From: Hyperthermus butylicus DSM 5456
GTDB lineage: Archaea; Thermoproteota; Thermoprotei_A; Sulfolobales; Pyrodictiaceae
NCBI RefSeq assembly: GCF_000015145.1
Contig: NC_008818.1
Coordinates: 630,001 to 662,000 of the forward strand
Length of the DNA: 32,000 nt
Direction: 5' to 3'
In this document: positions 1 through 9,668 of the stretch, in pieces
How positions within the stretch are numbered: the first letter of the stretch is position 1
How the letters are laid out: the number at the start of each line of letters is the position of its first letter
Translations under genes and position numbers: made by a program
The notes under the pieces: model-generated
Seen by the model: the letters and a program-made list of their open reading frames with translations, nothing else
Database searches by the model: none
Told to the model about the DNA's origin: nothing

Positions 1-15
1 CTGCTTGGCCACGTG

Positions 16-303
16 CTAGACTACTCTCACCGCTTGTTTCTGCTTGGGGTCGCTCATTATGCCGCCGTATACCAGCATTCTGCGGGCGTAGTCTTCCGGC
101 ACCACGAGGGCTACGACACTGTCTGTGCGGGCGTCGACGATCCTCGATGCTGCCCGTATGGCTTCCTTGGCCTTGGTGTAGCCTCCCCTGCCCATGAAGA
201 CGCTTCTCTGCACCCTGACGAGCCCGAGGGACTGGAGGGTCTTGGCTAGGAGGTCTCGGCGCTTGTTGTCGCTTACGTCGTAGAATACTACTACGTAGGG
301 CAC
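16..303 (-). CDS. cas2: CRISPR-associated endoribonuclease Cas2
   Basis: 95-aa ORF with a GTG start. [23 protein letters not shown]...[10 protein letters not shown] matches the Cas2 signature (vvvYDi..nkRR ... vQ.SVF). Divergent from csa1-cas1 and 2.2 kb from the array. Confidence 0.9.
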
Positions 304-394
304 TCCCAGCCCCTTGTGGTAATACCTTAAAAGCCTGGGGGCTTATCCCTTCCCCCGGGTAGCTCCCAGCAAAACACGTTTAGCCGCGGGAACC
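304..394. promoter_or_regulatory. Divergent cas2 / csa1-cas1 intergenic control region
   Basis: 91-bp gap between divergent cas genes. The only A/T box is AATACCTTAAAA at 321-332. Promoter assignment is positional only. Confidence 0.3.
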
Positions 395-1219
395 GTGGGA
401 GCCATGGTTCTCCCGCGGAGGGTCTGGGACTACATAAGGAGCCTGGGCAGCGAGGGCCCAGTCTACGCCGAGATAAGGGGGTGGAGATTCGATTACGTGG
501 CTCCACGGTACCGGTACCGGCCCAGCGTGAGCGAGGTGGCGAGCTACTGTCCTAGCCACCGGGACGCCTACCTCCAGCACGTCCGGGGCCTCCAGCCCCC
601 TAGGAGCCTGCGGGCCCAGTACGGCGTCCTGGTTCACGAGTTCTTCCTGGAGCCCTTCCGCCTCGTAGACCGTGGCGCTGACAGCCTGGAGGCCCTCACG
701 GCTGGGAAGTACAGGCTGGCCCGGAGGCTGGGGGTCAGGGCTGACCGGTTCCTAGAGAGGGTCTACGAGCTAGGCGCGATACTCGCGCTCCAGTCCCGGG
801 TCGACGGCGACATACCGTTGCGCGTCGAGCCCCCGATACCCGGCGCCCCGGTCGGCCTCAGCGACACTGTGCGCCCCGACCTCCTCGTAGGCTTCATCCC
901 GGTGGAGGTTACGGCTGCCGGGCCCTGGGGTACATACGGCTCCAAGAAGGAGCTCCAATTGGCTGGCTACGCTCTCGCCATAGAGGCCTGGACCGGCATC
1001 CCGGTAGATTACGGGGTCGTGGTCTATGTTACGAGGAGGAGCGATGAGCCCAGGCCGGAGTGGCGTGTCGTTGTCATCGACGATGCGTTGAGGAGGAGCT
1101 TTCTCCGGGAACGCGACGAGGTGGCAATGATAGTTGAGAACCGCGTCGACCCAGGCCCCGCGGGTGAAGGCTGCCCCTCCTGGTGCCCATTCCGTGGTGT
1201 AGAGGGCTGCCCCGGGTGA
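395..1219 (+). CDS. csa1: Cas4-family RecB-like nuclease, Csa1-type
   Basis: 274 aa. It has an N-terminal RGW motif (EIRGWRFDYVAP) and a Cys at SYCPSHRDAYL. The nuclease core is RPDLLVGFIPVEVT and the QhxxY-like motif is LQLAGYALAIE. The C-terminal Cys cluster is CPSWCPFRGVEGC (Fe-S). It sits immediately upstream of cas1. ATG at 404 is an alternative start. Confidence 0.8.
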   Translation: MGAMVLPRRVWDYIRSLGSEGPVYAEIRGWRFDYVAPRYRYRPSVSEVASYCPSHRDAYLQHVRGLQPPRSLRAQYGVLVHEFFLEPFRLVDRGADSLEALTAGKYRLARRLGVRADRFLERVYELGAILALQSRVDGDIPLRVEPPIPGAPVGLSDTVRPDLLVGFIPVEVTAAGPWGTYGSKKELQLAGYALAIEAWTGIPVDYGVVVYVTRRSDEPRPEWRVVVIDDALRRSFLRERDEVAMIVENRVDPGPAGEGCPSWCPFRGVEGCPG

Positions 1220-1226
1220 GCCCGGG

Positions 1227-2222
1227 GTGCCGGAGGTCCTCCTCGTGGCGACGCCGGGGACACGGATCTACGTGCGCCGGGGGGTGGTCTACGCGGAGGC
1301 GCCCAGCGGCGAGAAGGCAGTTGTCACAGCTGACACGGAGCTAGTAGTGCTGGCTACGGGCTCGGTATCGGTTAGCGGCCGGGCACTGCGCCGCCTAGCG
1401 GAGCTGGGTGTGCGCCTCGTGGTTCTCGGGCAGCGGGGCCAGGTGGTGGCCGAGCACCGCCCGGTGGACAGGGTGAACCGCACCATAGAGGCCCGGATGG
1501 AGCAGTACCGCGTCAAGGCCACGGGGGAGGCACTATACTACGCCGCGGAGATGGTGTACGCGAAGATTGTGAACCAGGCCAAGCTACTGAGATACCTCGC
1601 GAAGAGCAGGAGGGAGCCCTGGCTCCGAGATGCCGGGTACCGAGTAGAGGGCCACGCCGACCGGCTACGCCAGATAATAGAGAACGAGGAGCCCACAACC
1701 CCGGAGGTGATCCGCAGCATAGAAGCCCAGGCAGCCCGGGACTACTGGGACGCGATAGCCCAGATAGCACCCACCCCCTTTCCCGGACGCCAGCCCAGGG
1801 GCGAAGACCACCTCAACATGGCCCTAAGCTACGGCTACGCGATACTCTACAGCATAGCCCACGACGCACTAACAGTGGCGGGCCTAGACCCCTACGCAGG
1901 CTTCCTACACGCAGACCGCAGCGGAAGACCAAGCCTAACATACGACTACGCAGACACCTACAAGCCAATAGCAGTCGATAAGCCACTGCTAACAGCACCG
2001 AGAAAAACGGACTGCCTAGACACATACATGGGAGCACTAACATACAACGCGAGACGCTGCATAGCAACCCTAGTACTCGAAAACATCTACAAAACACCCT
2101 ACCCCGACAGCAGAGGCCGAAAGAAGACACTAAGAGACCACATATACACCTACGCCTGGAACCTAGCAGCCGCAATAAGACAACACAAACCCTACAAACC
2201 CTTCATAGTAGGACGTCTCTAA
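1227..2222 (+). CDS. cas1: CRISPR-associated integrase/endonuclease Cas1
   Basis: 331 aa. The conserved Cas1 core is NMALSYGYAILYSIAHDALTVAGLDPYAGFLHADRSGRPSLTYDYADTYKP. It lies directly between csa1 and the CRISPR leader. Confidence 0.95.
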   Translation: MPEVLLVATPGTRIYVRRGVVYAEAPSGEKAVVTADTELVVLATGSVSVSGRALRRLAELGVRLVVLGQRGQVVAEHRPVDRVNRTIEARMEQYRVKATGEALYYAAEMVYAKIVNQAKLLRYLAKSRREPWLRDAGYRVEGHADRLRQIIENEEPTTPEVIRSIEAQAARDYWDAIAQIAPTPFPGRQPRGEDHLNMALSYGYAILYSIAHDALTVAGLDPYAGFLHADRSGRPSLTYDYADTYKPIAVDKPLLTAPRKTDCLDTYMGALTYNARRCIATLVLENIYKTPYPDSRGRKKTLRDHIYTYAWNLAAAIRQHKPYKPFIVGRL

Positions 2223-2552
2223 CCGGTTCAACTGTTTTTTACAACGCGCATCCTACAGCTAGTTGTTTTGTCCCACTATGTTCTCCTATCCTGTGTTGTG
2301 GGTGTCCATTGCTGTCAGAGTTTCTTGCAATTCTATATATGTCTTCTTGCGAACATACACGTGGCGGAACTGCAAGTGTTCTTGCATTGCTCCATGCAAA
2401 CCCATACAAATCCATGAGAACACATTCCAACCCCAAATCCATAGCCACAAGTACGCCCCCAGGAAACCAAAAGAAATAAAACAGCCACAAAACCGGGAGA
2501 AAAACCCGGACCCCCCAACTCAACAGAGAAACCCCAACACCCCCACAGTGCA
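2223..2552 (+). promoter_or_regulatory. CRISPR leader
   Basis: ~330-bp non-coding stretch between cas1 and repeat 1, with degenerate repeats at the opposite end of the array. A/T boxes are TCTATATATG (~2333-2342) and GAAATAAAAC (~2473-2482). The last ~150 bp are extremely A+C-rich. Confidence 0.75.
2233..2241 (+). terminator. T-run downstream of cas1
   Basis: T6 at 2235-2240, 13 nt after the cas1 stop codon. Archaeal terminators are oligo-T tracts. Confidence 0.35.
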
Positions 2553-5500
2553 GAACAACTCAAAAGAGAATTGCAAGGCAATCCAGCAGATGGCCCAGCA
2601 ATTCCAGCAGCAGCGAACAACTCAAAAGAGAATTGCAAGTACGCATAAAGAAAGCACTAGCAGAACATCTTGAAGCATTTGCAGGAACAACTCAAAAGAG
2701 AATTGCAAGGGTACAGCCTTGCGAAGTTTTCCTCGGTCGCCAGGGCCTTTTCGAGAACAACTCAAAAGAGAATTGCAAGGCGATGGGCATCCCTGTGCAG
2801 ATTGGCGCCAAGCCAATCAGCATGAACAACTCAAAAGAGAATTGCAAGCCCTTGGCTCCTCGGGAGGCGAGTGCTGCTTCCTGCACAGCTCGGAACAACT
2901 CAAAAGAGAATTGCAAGATGTATTCAACGAGGCCAAACTCCTCAGCCTTCTTTACTTCTCTGAACAACTCAAAAGAGAATTGCAAGCCTACCATGGCGGC
3001 CTCCACCCCACCCCAAACATTGTAGCTATGAACAACTCAAAAGAGAATTGCAGACCTCTCAAGCATTGACACGCCATGACCCGCAAGCGCCATTGGAACA
3101 ACTCAAAAGAGAATTGCAAGTCCATGATGACACCCAGTTATCGTTCACCAACACCACTAGGAACAACTCAAAAGAGAATTGCAAGCGCTCACACGGTCGA
3201 GACCACGCTCTCCTCGATCCACGACACAAGGAGGCGACTCGAACAACTCAAAAGAGAATTGCAAGTCGTCGCTCACCTATCTCTCCATCACGATACGCAA
3301 TCGCCACGTCTATGAACAACTCAAAAGAGAATTGCAAGGCATATGCAGTATGGTAGGCCTTCCTTGTCCCATTTCTCCAGCTCGAACAACTCAAAAGAGA
3401 ATTGCAAGTCCAAGAGCTCTACTTGCCGTCTCTTCAACTCTAGATATTCTGAACAACTCAAAAGAGAATTGCAAGTCTCCGTGAGACGCTTCTCAAGCTC
3501 CTCAGGGTCAACGGTTTTCTGAACAACTCAAAAGAGAATTGCAAGAACTCGCTGGCCATCTCCAATAGCTGCTTGATCTTTTGGAGAACAACTCAAAAGA
3601 GAATTGCAAGTCCCAACAGCGTAGCCGTACCTTCTCGCGTGGTCTATGAAGTGAACAACTCAAAAGAGAATTGCAAGTACATCATATCCTACTTCTCTAC
3701 TCTCACAGTACTCTTCACATTTGAACAACTCAAAAGAGAATTGCAAGTCTCCGCCTGCTCGGCGGCCTGCTCTAGCGCCGCTATGGAACAACTCAAAAGA
3801 GAATTGCAAGCTCATTGCCAAGTCTTGCTTGCTGAACGTGAACTGCTTCGCGAACAACTCAAAAGAGAATTGCAAGTCAATGCTGCTGATGTTGCCGATG
3901 CTTGGCGTCGGCACAAGAACAACTCAAAAGAGAATTGCAAGCCTTGTTTGCAGACTCGACGAACGTCGCGAACACAATCGTGGAACAACTCAAAAGAGAA
4001 TTGCAAGGTGAGTACGCAGACACCAAGGCCGCCAAGGTTTCACCCCACGTGTGAACAACTCAAAAGAGAATTGCAAGTTTCTGGAATCAGGACTCTAAGT
4101 CTCCTTTCCCAAACAAAGAACAACTCAAAAGAGAATTGCAAGTGGGAGCGCACGGGGGGTCTGCGCACACTTTACCAATTCAAGAACAACTCAAAAGAGA
4201 ATTGCAAGACGAAGACGCTGTACGAGCTGCCGCCACCAGGCAACTACACACCAAGAACAACTCAAAAGAGAATTGCAAGCGTCATTGTACTCTTTTCGCT
4301 CAATTATTATTATGTCGTCGGGAACAACTCAAAAGAGAATTGCAAGGTGTTAGTAGTTCTCTCATGGTTTTCAGTGTGTTTACAGCGAACAACTCAAAAG
4401 AGAATTGCAAGATCCGAACTGTGCCAGTTCACATTCCATCATTTTTATAGAGGAACAACTCAAAAGAGAATTGCAAGTCTGCTGGATTGCGGGGACATGC
4501 GGCGCGAGCTCCCTCAGCATCTTGAACAACTCAAAAGAGAATTGCAAGTCCGTTCGTCCTCAGAGCGAACAGCTTCCTTGCGTACGCGAACAACTCAAAA
4601 GAGAATTGCAAGTGGACTGACTTCGATTACAAGCAGCACTACGACAATCTCGAGAACAACTCAAAAGAGAATTGCAAGGTTCTAGCTGCTGACCCCGACA
4701 GCCTCGTCGCTGAGCTTAACCGTGAACAACTCAAAAGAGAATTGCAAGCTGTATGTTTGCCGCAACATATCGCTATCACCTTGGGCGAACAACTCAAAAG
4801 AGAATTGCAAGAGGCATCATCGGCGCGTCAAGGATCACTCCAGCACAGCTCTCCGAGAACAACTCAAAAGAGAATTGCAAGACACCTCCACGCGGTCCGG
4901 TGCAGCCTCCACTTCCCTTTACAATGAACAACTCAAAAGAGAATTGCAAGGGCCGCGTAGACCATGTAGCCTACTGCTAGCGCTACGGCTGGGTACGAAC
5001 AACTCAAAAGAGAATTGCAAGGTTTTTACTCTGCCAGGTGTTAACCTCGAATTCAACTCTCATCTTGAACAACTCAAAAGAGAATTGCAAGTTATCGCAG
5101 CTTGTTTCCTCTTCTTCCGTTTCCTCCTCCGCTTGAACAACTCAAAAGAGAATTGCAAGGCGGTCGCAACCCCATGCGCGTCGTAGTGGGCTATAATGAG
5201 GTCCTGGACAGCGAACAACTCAAAAGAGAATTGCAAGTTTAAATCCGGTTTTCTTTCAATTCCACTTCTGGGTTAAAAAAGAACAACTCAAAAGAGAATT
5301 GCAAGTATACTTGTTATATCTCACCCTGATGTCTAGCATTCTTCCACCTCGGAACAACTCAAAAGAGAATTGCAAGCTGGGGACCTGTGTCTGGAAACCT
5401 CGCTATTATCGCCCCGCCAAGAACAACTCAAAAGAGAATTGCAAGACACCATTTGCAACAATGAGGATGGTGGTTACTAGCGATAGGGATGAACAACTCA

Positions 5501-5859
5501 AAAGAGAATTGCAAGTTGATTATTGCCATGACTGTGAAGGCTAGCTGGCCAACGGCATGGAACAACTCAAAAGAGAATTGCAAGCGCAGGCTCAGGCGTG
5601 GCACGGCATAGAAAACACTTATACTAGGAACAACTCAAAAGAGAATTGCAAGTAGAACAATATATACGGCTCCGTGCCGTCCTTTGGCACCCTCAGCTGA
5701 ACAACTCAAAAGAGAATTGCAAGACGAACGCTTTGTTGACAGAGACCGGTGGGGAGACTGCGGCAACGAGAATAACTTAAAAGAGAATTGCAAGCTACAT
5801 GTCTTACACTCGTAAGACAGCACGTAATACATGTGAATAACTCAAAAGAGAATTGTAAT
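2553..5859 (+). CRISPR. CRISPR array: 49 repeats of 25 nt (GAACAACTCAAAAGAGAATTGCAAG) and 48 spacers of 37-55 bp
   Basis: I located every repeat by hand. The first is at 2553-2577 and the last at 5835-5859, with a mean period of ~68 bp. The variant repeats are R8 (3030-3054, ...TTGCAGA), R48 (5770-5794, GAATAACTTAAAAGAGAATTGCAAG) and R49 (5835-5859, GAATAACTCAAAAGAGAATTGTAAT). Orientation is set by the leader, the distal degeneracy and the 3' ATTGCAAG tag resembling the archaeal ATTGAAAG 8-nt crRNA handle. Confidence 0.98.
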
Positions 5860-6146
5860 GTCTCAAGGCTTGTTGCGGTTTTGGCTAGAATGGTAGTCAA
5901 GGATAGATCTTGTGCTGCCAGAAGTCCTCCTTATCCCTGGCTTCTTCTGGTTCCTCGAGGGCTAGGTGGAGTAGTTCGTTGGGGTGCCCGGCTATGAGGC
6001 GGTTGAGCGTCTACATCCTTACCTGTAGGGTGAGCGGCGAGGGAACTGTGTGGTGGCGCTGTACCGTGTGGGGGAGCTTCCGGGGGATGTGTCTTGGAAC
6101 TCGCGTATTATGATCGTATCTTCTCTGTGTTGTTGCAGAATGGCTT

Positions 6147-8069
6147 CTAGGTTGTTCGATGGCCTACAGCAGCTGGTGCGCCTACTACGCCTATGTAGCC
6201 TCCCCTCACCGCGTAGCTAGCCATGACGGCGGCGTGGTCCGCGTAGTAGGGGAGCCTGGCCCGGTACTCCCGCGGCAATGGTAGCTCCTCGGCGGTCTTC
6301 CGGTCGGTGCGCAGGTAGATCTTCGTGTTCGCAAGAGTGGCTATGAGCGGGGAGAGGTCTGACTCTCGGTGGGTGGAGAACACTATCGCTATCCCCCTGC
6401 TTCTGCCGAGCCGTGCAAGCCTCTCAACTGCAGCGGAGAGCATTCGCTCGTACTCCCCGCCTCCCCTCGGGAAGAACAGGTGAGCCTCGTCGACCACGAG
6501 TAGGGCGCGGTGCCCAGCGGTCCTCTCCGCGTATGCCAGCATCGTCCTCAGGAACTGGTAGCCAAGCAGCACCCTTACAGCAGTGGGGCTGGCGGCTCCG
6601 CCTCCAACTGCTTCGCCAGCGTAGGCCAAGTCTAATACTATGGCGCGCACACGGCGCCGCCCCGCTGCCTCGACGAGCTCGCCGTAGGATAGGCTCGGCG
6701 CCTCCCCACCACCGACACGGATGACACCCATGGACTTTAGTATACGGAGCCTCGAAGCGAGGTGGGCCAGCGTCTGCCTGTGCACGCCGAGATCCTTCTC
6801 CGCATTAGCCGGGTTCTCCAGGCGCTTCAAAAGATCCTCTATTGTTCTCGCCTTCAGATTCCTAGCTATGTAGGGTAGGGCCTCGCGGGCACGCTCGGTC
6901 ATGTATGGGTCTATCTGGGCTATCTCCTCGACGCTCCGCAGCACCAGGAGCCTCGGCGCGATGTAGAGGGTCGCCTTGGCCGTCTCACCCTCACATGTCA
7001 CCTTCACGTCTACCGCATACACGGTATCCTCCCCGTCGAGCCTCGCCCTTGAGGCCTCAGCGCTGCAGCCATGACGGCTATACATCGTGGCCACGGCTTC
7101 GCGTAGTCTTTCAGCGTAGTGCTCGGCCGCCCTGTCGGGGCTACAGCGTCCATTGCTGCTGGTGCAAGGTATGGCTACGAGGGAGGCTACATAGCGGCCG
7201 AACACGGGGCTACCGGGCTTTGCATCGATGCCGTAGACTTCTAGCACCCTAGCCGTATCAGCATCCACGAGTCCAGCGGGTATGTAGCCGGGAAGCCCGG
7301 CCGAGACGTAGTCGCCACCGGCATCCAGCACGGCCGCCACCAACTCCCCGTCCATGTTGAGGGCAGCATACATAATGTTCTTGACGAGGCTCGTCTTGCC
7401 ACTCCCCGTGGTCCCCGTTACCAGCACGTGCTTAACCAAGACACTCCACGTCAGCCTAACAGGTATAGCCCTGCCGCCAGCCACGTAAACCCGATCCATC
7501 ACAGCGAGAGCGCCAACTGGTACGCCCTCGCTGTGGGCGAGCAGCGCAGCCAACACGTCGGGATGAGGGATAACCACGGGGGAGCCAGGGTCCGGCGGCG
7601 CCACGGCCGCTACGGGCTGTAGCTTCTCGAGCACGGCGGCTGCCTCGCCGGGATCCCCGGCCTTTACTAGCCGGGCCCTGGCCTCCTCGTCTAGGTGCAC
7701 GGCTAGCATGGGCTCGAGGTGGAGCTTTAGCGGCGACACGTTGGAGAGAACGACCATGCTGTGCGGCTTCTCCAGCGGCACAAAGGTTGTTGGCGCCCGC
7801 TGGGCTTCGAGCAGCGGCTGCCTCTCCACCGCCACGAGCTGTGCTACTATCAGGTTGAATGTTTTCGGGTCGATTACAAGGTAGTAGTAGCCCGTGGAGA
7901 GTATCTCTGGAATCTCGTGGGCTAGCCGAACCCACGCCTCCGGCGGCATATCAACGGTTATCCCCGCCTGGCCCTGCTGCACAGAGACACGGGCAACCAC
8001 CATGCCGCCCTGCAGGCCTAGAGGCGATGCTGCGGCGAGCTTGGCTGCTATCCTCTCCGCCTCCTCCAC
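6147..8069 (-). CDS. HerA/FtsK-like hexameric ATPase (DUF87/HerA family)
   Basis: 640 aa. The N-terminus is HAS-barrel-like (GMVVARVSV...GYYYLVIDPKT...IVAQLVAVER). Walker A is VLVTGTTGSGKTSLV and Walker B is ALLVVDEAHLFFP. The HerA C-terminal motif is RLGRSRGIAIVFSTHRESDLSPLIATLANTKIYLR. Confidence 0.85.
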   Translation of the reverse strand: MEEAERIAAKLAAASPLGLQGGMVVARVSVQQGQAGITVDMPPEAWVRLAHEIPEILSTGYYYLVIDPKTFNLIVAQLVAVERQPLLEAQRAPTTFVPLEKPHSMVVLSNVSPLKLHLEPMLAVHLDEEARARLVKAGDPGEAAAVLEKLQPVAAVAPPDPGSPVVIPHPDVLAALLAHSEGVPVGALAVMDRVYVAGGRAIPVRLTWSVLVKHVLVTGTTGSGKTSLVKNIMYAALNMDGELVAAVLDAGGDYVSAGLPGYIPAGLVDADTARVLEVYGIDAKPGSPVFGRYVASLVAIPCTSSNGRCSPDRAAEHYAERLREAVATMYSRHGCSAEASRARLDGEDTVYAVDVKVTCEGETAKATLYIAPRLLVLRSVEEIAQIDPYMTERAREALPYIARNLKARTIEDLLKRLENPANAEKDLGVHRQTLAHLASRLRILKSMGVIRVGGGEAPSLSYGELVEAAGRRRVRAIVLDLAYAGEAVGGGAASPTAVRVLLGYQFLRTMLAYAERTAGHRALLVVDEAHLFFPRGGGEYERMLSAAVERLARLGRSRGIAIVFSTHRESDLSPLIATLANTKIYLRTDRKTAEELPLPREYRARLPYYADHAAVMASYAVRGGYIGVVGAPAAVGHRTT

Positions 8070-8145
8070 CCTGCCACGGTAGCTCTGGTGTAGCTCCCTC
8101 TGCCTCTCAATGTAGACGTCCAGGAGACTGGGATCGGGCAGAACC

Positions 8146-8604
8146 CTACACCCCCACAGGCTCCCACGTGGAGACCAGGGTGTCGTAGGTAAACGCTACA
8201 ACTGTTGAGAGGTGTTTTAGCCAGACGCTAGCCTGGAGCCTTGCCACGCGGCGGGAAGCCTCATCTGCTAGCTGCAGCGATGCTGGCAATGGTATGCTGG
8301 CTGTTGGCAGGGTGTGGTTGCCCACGAGCCACTTTATGAGGGAGAGGTCGTGCTCAAGTATAGCGTCTAGATGCCTGGTGTCAATAGTGTACTCGCCGGT
8401 TCCGCTGACCGTTACAAGCTCATTGTAGTCGGGTAGCTCTACGCGGTAAATGAGCCTCGGCATCCCCGGCAAGCTGATGTAGACGTAGTAGATCCTCTTA
8501 ACGGCCACACCTAGCTCGGTGAGCAGCTTGTAGATATCAGCTATGCTCCTGCCATCCCTTACAACCCCCCGGCGGTGGAGGCTCAAGCTTAACTGGCCAT
8601 TCAC
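8146..8604 (-). CDS. NurA-domain C-terminal segment (separate ORF or product of a frameshift)
   Basis: 152 aa. RIYYVYISLPGMPRLIYRVELP and IPLPASLQLADEASRRVA align with the NurA blocks seen in Sulfolobus NurA (TTFYTRL..RVIRVDI and YPFPLLKAHMDVRFS). Its GTG start overlaps the upstream stop codon (GTGA). Confidence 0.6.
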   Translation of the reverse strand: MNGQLSLSLHRRGVVRDGRSIADIYKLLTELGVAVKRIYYVYISLPGMPRLIYRVELPDYNELVTVSGTGEYTIDTRHLDAILEHDLSLIKWLVGNHTLPTASIPLPASLQLADEASRRVARLQASVWLKHLSTVVAFTYDTLVSTWEPVGV

Positions 8605-9668
8605 GGAGAGTAGCTCGTCGAGGGAGCTTGGTAACAGCCTCCAGCTGTAGCACGACAGCTACAGGGCCTATGACGGCCAACGCCGTAGGGGCCTCGTAGT
8701 GCACGAGATGCCTCAGCCTCGACAAGCTCTACATCCGGCGTATAGGTTATATCTCTTACAACCTTCTCGAGCGCCGCTACGAGCAGCTTACTATTCTCAA
8801 CACGCTTAACAATAGCTACAACCTCCGCACCCCTCGCCCTGGCGATACCTACTATTTTCACGCGGTCAGCGGTGTTTACGAGGTAGCTTAGCGTGTAGAG
8901 GAGCTTCACAGCATTGCTAATAGTGAATGTGCCCTTCAAGCTCCTAGCCGTGGTATGCAGAGTTTTCAGCAGCCCAGGCGTCATAAAGAGAGGACCGTCC
9001 ACAAGTACCAGGGTGTCATTGGTGGCGCGCTCAGCAATCCAGCCGAGGAGCCGGTTCTCAAGATACTCCCGGTTCTCGTCAAGCATTTTGTTCGGGTCGT
9101 AGCCGCTCCCATAACCCAGGTTCGAGAGCAAGCTGCAGGAGGCTCCGCAGAGGCTCGCGGGAAGCGCCTCGGCCAGCCAGGCTGGATCCACCAGCGGCTC
9201 CGATGCCAGCCAGCCTGGCAGGCTCCAGCCATCATCGAGGCTGGCTGCAAGGCTTGCCGCCGGCGCCTCTGCTGGGACGTATGGGTAGAGCGTCGAGTCC
9301 GGGTAGGTGCCAGCGGTGAAGGCCCCATCATAGTAGGCTACAGCGCCAGCATAAACGCCTAGGCGGAGCGTATAGGCTTCAAGCACGCGGCTACCAGCGT
9401 CGACAGCGTATACACGTCCCGGATGCTCCGGCTCAACACGGGCAAGACTATGCACCATCACAGGCCACAGCTTGTCGCCGCTACGGATAGGCGCCATGGA
9501 ATCGAGTATGCCGCCCACGCGCTGCTCCTCCGAGGCCTCAGCCTCGCCTAGCTGCGAGCCTGGAGGCCCCCGCGAGAGGGGCCGAGGCGGCTCCCTAGCC
9601 AGGCTAGCAGCCAGCCTTCCAGCCGCCTCGGCGATATCCCATATGGTTACCCGGCCAGGTGGGGGCAA
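8601..9668 (-). CDS. NurA-like nuclease, N-terminal and central part
   Basis: 355 aa. VYAVDAGSRVL corresponds to NurA vaiDGGS, LVLVDGPLF to ilmDGSL, and VAIVKRVENSKLL to isKvSrgrdL. The last ~30 residues (GRHRPCSCRATAGGCYQAPSTSYSP) look like out-of-frame translation. Confidence 0.65.
   Translation of the reverse strand: MPPPGRVTIWDIAEAAGRLAASLAREPPRPLSRGPPGSQLGEAEASEEQRVGGILDSMAPIRSGDKLWPVMVHSLARVEPEHPGRVYAVDAGSRVLEAYTLRLGVYAGAVAYYDGAFTAGTYPDSTLYPYVPAEAPAASLAASLDDGWSLPGWLASEPLVDPAWLAEALPASLCGASCSLLSNLGYGSGYDPNKMLDENREYLENRLLGWIAERATNDTLVLVDGPLFMTPGLLKTLHTTARSLKGTFTISNAVKLLYTLSYLVNTADRVKIVGIARARGAEVVAIVKRVENSKLLVAALEKVVRDITYTPDVELVEAEASRALRGPYGVGRHRPCSCRATAGGCYQAPSTSYSP

Noticed and set aside
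1813-2175. 120-aa ORF antisense to cas1.
   Set aside because: It is a C/R/L/G-rich shadow ORF lying entirely within the well-supported cas1 frame.
2239-2673. ORFs of 94-136 aa in the CRISPR leader, at 2239-2523 (minus strand) and 2263-2673 (plus strand).
   Set aside because: They have low-complexity, P/Q/N/T-rich or C/F/W-rich composition caused by the A+C-rich leader, and they run into the first repeats. They have no protein-like features.
2633-5544. Long ORFs on both strands inside the array, for example 3573-4685 (370 aa), 4722-5186 (154 aa) and 2692-3006 (104 aa).
   Set aside because: Their sequences are periodic translations of the 25-nt repeat in three frames (NNSKENCK, EQLKRELQ, TTQKRIA; LQFSFELF on the reverse strand), joined by random spacer translations. 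They are artefacts of stop-free repeats.
1-5859. Assigning the CRISPR-Cas locus to subtype I-A.
   Set aside because: Csa1, Csa3 and the repeat handle are suggestive. However, no effector (cas3, cas5, cas7, cas8 or csa5) or cas6 genes lie in the window, so the subtype cannot be called from this sequence.
6413-7935. Alternative-frame ORFs within the herA-like gene: 6413-6724, 6905-7252 and 7456-7935.
   Set aside because: They are R/P/S/G-rich, which is typical of out-of-frame translation in high-GC genes. The 640-aa frame carries the Walker A, Walker B and HerA motifs.
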